The notes under the pieces: generated by a model | Databases searched by the model: none | What the model was told of the DNA's origin: nothing | Seen by the model: only the letters and a program-made list of their open reading frames with translations | Translations under genes and position numbers: made by a program | In this document: piece after piece, positions 11,501 through 64,000 of the stretch | Numbering within the stretch: position 1 is the first letter of the stretch | How the letters are laid out: each line of letters starts with the position of its first letter | Assembly (NCBI GenBank): GCA_030141605.1 | Contig: JAQGDQ010000017.1 | Location: forward strand, 124,001-188,000 | Origin: Tubiluchus corallicola | Lineage: Eukaryota; Animalia; Priapulida | Direction of reading: 5' to 3' | DNA: 64,000 nucleotides

Positions 11501-14500
11501 TTGACAGGTAAACTTTGATTGTTGATATCGTAAGTTCCTTTTGCTTCTAAATTCTTTCTTAAGTGTTGCCTAAATTTTGTTACTATATAGTGAACTCGGT
11601 GAAACCAAATATTATTCACTGTCATAACTAGAGAAATATTCCAAATAAAATGTAAATTCTGTGCATAAGTAGAAATTCCACAGATTCTAAAGATTGGGTC
11701 CCAAAAAATGGCAAACATGCTAGGACAAAATGCTTAAAGCTGTTACATAAGTGTGAGATTAAAAAGAAAACACTGAAGTACCGCTGCAACTTCTAGTGAG
11801 AATTATTAAAATAAGCCGAGAAAATTTAAAATTTGGCATTGTTTTGCCATATTCGTGGTTACCCAAGATTACCATTGTGTTGGGTCAGCTTTAATTATAA
11901 AAAACTTTGCCAGTTATCTTTGAGTATCTAAAAATATTTCAAAACTCGCCAGCTAGGCCTTTTTACCTTTACAGCTAAGTTTCAGCATATTACACCCATT
12001 CTTCGTCATTTGCAATGGCTACCGATTGAACAACATGTTGAATTTAAGATACTACTACTTGTGTTTAAGGCGCTTCATGGCGAGTCACCTGATTCAATTT
12101 GTGACAATTCGTCCAACAAATTCATACCAGTATAGTCTTATATCAAATGATGGTCTTTTGCTGAGGGTTCCTAGAGTGCGCTGTTAAACTATGAGGGATA
12201 GGTTATTTGCTGTTGCAGGACCAACTCTATGGAACAGCCTGTCTATCCACATTAGGAGGGAACAGCCTGTCTATCCACATCAGGACACTTGGGCACTCTC
12301 GAACACTAATACTATTACAATACAGATTAAAACGTACTTATTTAAAATAGCATACAATCTTTGAAGTAATCAAATTTTGTTTTGTCATTATATGCTTGTA
12401 TTTTGAGAATCTGTGTGTTTTTTATGTATTTACTTATTGTAATTTTATGAAATCTTGTAGGATTACTGTTTAATCTTGTAAACCTCTTTTAAGTCGGTCA
12501 TGATGATTTTAGATATCTTTGCGAAGCGTCTTTGAATATTGTCAGTTGTGCTGTCTATAGATTTAGATACTATACAAAATAAATATCATTATTATTAAAA
12601 TCACAATCACATAGCAAGTGTGCTTACATATTTCCAGATCCCGATGCACCAAGCAGGAATAATCCGAAATTTCGTGAATGGGTCCACTGGATGGTTGGGA
12701 ACATTCCGGGAAGCGACGTAAACAAAGGAGAAACGCTTTCTGAATATGTCGGCGCTGGACCACCAAATGGAACTGGTATAAGTGCATTTCTATATTTATA
12801 CCTTATACATTTCAATATTTTTAACACTGCGTTTGTATATTTTAAGCTAAATTTGCTTTAAAGTTATTGCTTCTATTGGGGGCATAACTTTAAATGCGAT
12901 TACACCCTGCAAATTTTTGCAATTTTTGTAAAGCTTGACTTATTGTTAGGTCTGTGATTTTCTACTGAACATAAAATGAAATCTAGGTGCTATAAGGAGC
13001 AGCTATATGAAGTTTAGAATTTACACGATAAAAAAGGTAAAAATCACAAACCATGCATTACTTTGTTTTAGTGAGTTATTAATAGTATTTAGTGGTTAAA
13101 TTTATAGCTTAAATTTTTGGATGTTTTTAAGAAGTAAATCAGTGTAAGAATTTATCTTGTTTTTTGAAAGTACATTAATCGAAGTATCACAATTTCATTG
13201 CACTGATCATCGTTATTTTGCTTACATTCTGCTTTATTGTATTATCGTTTATTACAATGCACTCAACATGCTAATGTAATGTAATTGTAATGTACTTTTA
13301 ATATTCTAATGTAAATGGACATAATATGAATATGACCATGTTCGTCAATATCTTCATTATCATCACCGTCATCATTATTAGATACTAGATTGTTTAGTAC
13401 AATTTTGTTAACGCTGTTACATTTTAAGTCTAAATTTTGTTTTTGAATTTATAGCTCTTTTTGAATATGTCTCTTTTCTTGAATGTTTTGCTGTTTTGCT
13501 GACTGTAAACAAGTAGCATTACATCTCCTTGATGATATTATATGCAGTCATATATTTCTGGTTTACAATTTTATTAATTTCTAGAATATAAATATTTGTT
13601 TTTTTGCTGTTTTAGGATTACATCGATATGTGTATTTAGTTTACAAGCAACCAGCGAAAGTGAGTTTCAAATGGAAGCACTTAACAAACAGGTGTTTAAA
13701 TTTGGCTATACTTTGTAGTTCAGTTTACTAGCTGTTTGTACTAGCTTTTGTAACAATTTGTTCTTCCAAAGAACACTAACTTGATACGCTCGCTCAGTAG
13801 ACTGCTGTGTTTAATCTTATAGATGTACTTCTGGAGCGATATTACAGTCTTCTATCCTGTCGTACAAAGTAGCTTATTTGCCATTCTTCTGAAAAACATT
13901 TCAGAATTCTTTTTTCCCAAATAAAAATGAACGGCCATAGAGATGGTTTTTGACATTTTTGATCTTTCAACTTTTCTTGCAGGACCCATCATCGTTTCCT
14001 TATATCTGATGAGGGCTTCTGCAAGAGGAGTTGGAACATTATGATTAAAAAATTTTCAATCATCTCTATAGGCGTTCATTTTTACTCGTGTTAACTTGAG
14101 AAGTGTCAATCTGTCTAATGAATTCTTGTGTGTATTTGAGTATTAGTGCATATTTTTTACTTGGTCGAAGAAAAGTACTTTGCCTTTACTCAGTAATTTT
14201 ATGAGCAAGAATTGTGATATGACAGTAAAAATTTTTGGTACCGGCATTCTTGATTTTGCACTGTATTTGCTTGATCTTGTAGTGACATGGATGTTCACAG
14301 TTTTGACCACTACAGCAGCAATACTACAGCCCTAAATTGTCAGATGTGGAAACATCTATGATGTTGCGCCATTTAGCCTGCTTACTAGTTATTATCATAA
14401 ATTTTCATTGAAGTGTCGTATAGGCGAATCTGATCTGCTATTTAGCAGGCAGTTAAGTTCCAACATTTTTAAAAAAGGGAACGAAGACTTGTGCATCTCT

Positions 14501-14980
14501 ACCAAAAGCTGGAATCTCAGACATGTTAAATGTTGGCTTTCTCTTTTTTGGATTGCGGAAAACACTTTATTGCATTGCCAGAATCTAACACTGTTTATCC
14601 ATTTATAGGTTTAAAGATAACACCTTTTCATTTTTATTCCGGAGATTTAAGTTACACATGGTTTGATTATAGTGTTAAATTGGCAGCACACTGCATGATA
14701 ATGCTTCCTAACAGAACTAAAGTACTCATTTAGTTTGTGAAAGTTTGATCATTGTGTTATCAGACAAGAATATAAACAACTAAATGCCTATTTCAGCTAG
14801 ATGATCAGTGATTATAATTTCCTAATTGTTTCACATAGGTCTGGCGATGGGCGTGGCAAATTTAAAGCAAAAAAGTTTGCGGCTGATCACAGCTTGGGTG
14901 AACCGATTGCGTGCAACATGTTTCAGGCACAGTGGGACAACTACGTACCAAAACTGTACGAACAATTGTCCGGAAAGTAA
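8556..14980 (+). CDS. PEBP1: Phosphatidylethanolamine-binding protein (PEBP/RKIP family), ~222 aa from the first ATG or ~179 aa from ATG 8916
   Basis: Exons 8556-8668, 8900-8975, 9727-9780, 11438-11507, 12638-12775, 13616-13691, 14839-14980 sum to 669 nt in frame. Motifs [46 protein letters not shown]; C-terminus [15 protein letters not shown]. Confidence 0.95.
10621..10996. mobile_element. Tc1/mariner-type (pogo/Tigger-like) MITE in PEBP intron
   Basis: TIR CAGTC(A/G)ACCCTCGTTAAACTGGAC at both ends; TA on both flanks. Confidence 0.85.
11780..12596 (+). mobile_element. Degenerate L2/CR1-type LINE 3' fragment
   Basis: Decayed frame reading [22 protein letters not shown] near 12197-12345, then a T-rich 3' region and aataaatatcattattatt tail; internal duplication of ggaacagcctgtctatccaca; left boundary approximate. 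Confidence 0.6.
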
Positions 14981-16086
14981 AAATTGTCAGTATAATGACA
15001 AGTATGGCATATTTTTGAAAATCTATTTTCATATTTGCAGTGATTTAGCACATAATAAAGTTTCTAAATAGTTGGTCAGTGTCAGATAAGGCAAATGGAG
15101 CTGACAATTTGAAAAATGATAGAAAGTAGCAATTCCTTAAATTAGCTATGTTTCAAGTAAGTTTCAAGCAAATTTGGGAACATTTAATTTTTAGTCGTAT
15201 TTATAATATTTGTGTCTTTAAGAACTAGTCTACTTAGGTATGGACTGCACATTATGTTCATTTTATAGTTGAAAGGTTTAGTGACTTTTAGATAAAAACT
15301 TGTTCCCAAGTTTTTAAACTGGTGTATTAGTGGCATATTACTTTTTTGAACTTTATTTTTAGAGAGTGAGCATACAGCATTAGGTCATTTTTGTATAAAC
15401 GATTTGTTCATGAAATATCTACCAAAGTTTTGTGTTTTCAGGTATATTAACAGTTAATTATTTAGTAATTGTGGTGTGTGCGATTGGCATCTCTTATTTT
15501 ACTTGAAACCTGGCATATTCTAGAATTAATTTGTGATTATGGCTGTCATTCATTTGCTTCTTGAACTTCAAGTTGAACTGAGCAAATATTTAGTGAGTTG
15601 GCTCAACTTTATTTGGTATTTGATGTTAACCAGGCTGTGAGAAGACACCTAAGCAGAAGTTACCGAGGAAAATGAGAATAAGTCATTATTACATCTGTAG
15701 TTTCTATGACAGAGGAAGACACTTTGAATCAGTCATACTGCAGCTTACATCATTGCTCATAGATTAAAATTTCTGAAAGCCTACTAGTTTTCACTTAGCA
15801 ATCTATGTGGGCCATTTCTGTCAAGCATCTTTAAAATACGATACATATTGATATGTATGATGTACTTGGATGTAGTAACCTAAGTAGCTTCTAGTACTAT
15901 ATGCCCTTACAGAATTATAGAACTGTTATCCCAGTGAATAACGAGGTATCCTGTATGCTTGGTGGATAGTATAACTTTTTCATTTCTCAATCTCAAGAAC
16001 ATTGTCACATTTTCCAACTTTATAGCATCTTCTTCATATGAAGTTGTTTGAATCATGAATTTATTATTTTGAATAAAGACTGTAAT

Positions 16087-16108
16087 ATATATATATATAT
16101 ATATATAT
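16087..16108. repeat. (TA)n microsatellite
   Basis: Direct inspection. Confidence 0.85.
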
Positions 16109-17365
16109 TACATTTCCCTACTTGCGCTTCTGTTCCGACAGCTTAATGGTCCAAGGTTAGCTGCCACATACAATGCATTTTTTAATTCACTAGGAACTTC
16201 TTTAGTCAAACCAATTTTAGTGGCCTTATGGTCAGTTTCCATTCGCTATTTTAAGAAAAAAATAGGCTCTTTTTACTAGCAAATGCAAATGAGTAGTTCA
16301 TGCATTCTGAAGTGACTTTGCTTTGTAAGTTTGTTGATTTACACCATTTATGAGCTTGAAATCAAAGTGCTTGTTTGCTCAGTGAACATTTTGATGTTTT
16401 TGTTATTGCCGTGAATTTCTCCATTGATTAAATTTCGTTGATTAAAGGAATACTTTACTATTGTTTAACTTCTTCTTATCATAAATAAAACTAGTCAAAA
16501 AGTTTTTTTTCAAATATTGGTCATTGTTAACATTAGTTAATAGTTTATTTCACAAAATTTATAAGTAAACTGTTAAAACATACATAAAATGTAATTATTT
16601 TTAATTTTTATATAACATTTTAGTAAAAAACAGCATAATAATCAACAAAAGGTCGAGGTTCAACAAAAGAATAATCTAAATTGCATGCATTTATAAACAT
16701 GACACGTACACTTAAATTTCTCAGTAACTTACCATTTAGTACAAAATATTCTGTACAATACCAAATATTAAAACATTTACAATACACTTATTTAGTTCCG
16801 TTTTGTTCTACGACATACCTGTAATAAATAACTGCTTTGTTCCAAGATGCTATTTTGTTTGACAGTTTTGCTTTAAAAATAGAATTTGAGACATTTCTTT
16901 TTGTTTTAATTATTTCACAGACTTCATAATAATTTATGTACTTTGTTACATAATTTCCAATGTAATCTATACAACGCTGTGACTGAATGTCAGCAGGTTT
17001 GTTTGCTACATAATGACGATCTGCGGTAAACAAAAATGTTTAGATGTGTGATAGCATATAGCAAGTAATGTTTAATCTGTCGCTTAACAATTATGAGCAA
17101 AGTGTTAGTATGAAAATTCTCTCATAACTGGAACGTAAATTTTTATATTTGGTGTCTGACATAGATAGCTTCTTGTTTGTCATGTCAGACAGATATGAGA
17201 ATATACTACTAAATAAAAGTGTTCTGTCCCAACAGTTTGCAGTAATGCACATCAGTTTGAGAAACTGAGAGAGCACTAAGTAGCAGTTTTTGCCTTTTTA
17301 GGTCACTTTGTTGGTAAATTACTAGATGATTAATAACTAGTGCTACTACAGACAGCATTGCAGGA

Positions 17366-17480
17366 CCTGGAACCGGTTTCACTAAGCCATCACTAAATTA
17401 ACAATGCCATTATTACACTCACTAAATTATAAGTAACAGTGTCGTTAACTTAGTGATGGCTTTACGAAACTGGGCCCTGG
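17366..17480. mobile_element. Short palindromic MITE-like element
   Basis: Left cctggaaccggtttcactaagccatcactaaattaac is an imperfect inverted repeat of right gttaacttagtgatggctttacgaaactgggccctgg. Confidence 0.7.
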
Positions 17481-18178
17481 TCGTATTTGTTGTGTGTGTG
17501 ATCAGTTCTACATGTTTTTATGTTTTAACATGCAGGCGTACAAAATCACATTGTTCAGGTTTGTGTTGCTTAATGTCTTGACTCAAGCATATCTTCTTTA
17601 CTGCTTGTAGGTGATATTCTGTACTGTTGTTTTCCTGTAAAATTATCTAAGCAACAAACATTTTTCACTTTTTCTGAGAAGCAAATTTTCTCAGCTTCGT
17701 TGAATAAATTTTGTAGAGTTCTGTGATACAGTTGGCAGGTAATTTCTTCCTGATAGATGCATGTTCTCACATACTCTGATTCGACTGCACTTTTCAGCTT
17801 CATAACTTGTGGACACAATTTCAAAATAGTTGATTAGTACCAAGACGTTTTATGTTCATCTTTCTAGCCTTACATCAGCACTGTGATTCTTGCTGTTGCC
17901 AATGATGAAGTAGCTTGATATTCGATGTAAAAACGTAAGAACAGCAACTTATGTTTGATGCATATGTTCTTGGAGTAATCACACAGTGTCATCGTTTTGG
18001 AATGTAAAAATGACAAGACTAAGCGTGTGTCCGAAGGCTCATTTCGAATCAGTCTTGAATCCATAAGTTAATTATATGGCACTACTTCATACATTGCTAA
18101 TTTGATATGTCATTTAGATTTTTAAATCAAGCAGAGCGTAGGACTTGTGCAAAAACTTTTGGTCTCCTCATTTTTGTA

Positions 18179-63170
<44,992 letters not shown>

Positions 63171-63756
63171 CTAAATGAGAACACAAAAAAATATGGTTAT
63201 ACGTTTGGCAGAAAGTTTTTCTGCCAGAGAAGACAAAGGTGAATATGTCCTGTTGGTGCTTCCGTCAGTGGTCAAAGAGCAAGGCCCATAACGGTGAATG
63301 GAAAGTTGAGGATTACGTAGTAGTCCTTCTGTATGAAGAACTGGCTAGATTCATCACAATGGGATCGGAATAATATCAAATATGTCTCTACCTAGCACTC
63401 AGATTTATACTAAAATAAAACTTGTAATATAAAGTATGAAGAGAGCAAACAGTCTGTAGGCTCCGCAAAGATTCAGTGGTCTTGTCTCTGGCACTCACTC
63501 ATTTCTAGCATAGGACCAACACATTCAGTGATCTAATTGGTTAAAAACAACACCAAAGTCATGCCAGAGAAGAGATCTAAATATCCAATCTTTGTCCAAG
63601 CACCCTCAGTTTAAAGAGAAACAATGGTACGAGTGGCAATGACAGCAATGGTAAAAAAATTTCAATCGTTCATTCCTAATTTTGCTGTTCCTTACTTCGC
63701 TTCGTATCTTCATTCAATCCTCATTCGTTCACCCATTTGCGCATTCTTCTTTTGAG

Positions 63757-64000
63757 CATTCATTCATTCATTCATTCATTCATTCATTCATTCATTCATT
63801 CATTCATTCATTCATTCATTCATTCATTCATTCATTCATTCATTCATTCATTCATTCATTCATTCATTCATTCATTGATTCATTCATTCATTCATTCATT
63901 CATTGATTCATTCATTCATTCAGTCATCATTCATTCATTCATTCATTCATTCATTCACTCACTCACTCACTCACTCACTCACTCACTCACTCACTCACTC
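63757..64000. repeat. (ATTC)n then (ACTC)n tetranucleotide microsatellite
   Basis: Direct inspection. Confidence 0.95.

Overview
AT-rich, intron-rich invertebrate animal DNA; the protein features suggest a lophotrochozoan, which is an inference. Four protein-coding genes can be rebuilt by hand with in-frame GT-AG exon chains. (1) The 3' part of an Echinoid-like FN3/TM adhesion receptor (+, 1531-5852, ending ESGYSTPN..RKVIHEVIV). (2) A complete PEBP/RKIP gene (+, 8556-14980) with a possible mitochondrial presequence. (3) Most of an AMPA-type ionotropic glutamate receptor (-, from beyond 63170 to 18179, 14 exons seen). It appears to make two C-tails by donor use versus read-through at the same position as vertebrate GluA2/GluA4, and both tails end in PDZ ligands. 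(4) Nested antisense in the 14.7-kb receptor intron, a two-exon gene (+, 37084-37798 joined to 42245-47379) for a ~1949-aa predicted secreted protein: signal peptide, Cys-rich cap, LRR/LRRCT, 32-aa repeats, a long acidic T/E/Q repeat block and a basic Tyr-rich tail. The ORF track splits this gene into two unrelated-looking ORFs. Introns carry several MITEs, LINE remnants, a tRNA-derived SINE-like head and microsatellites. Comparisons with known proteins are from memory and need database confirmation.
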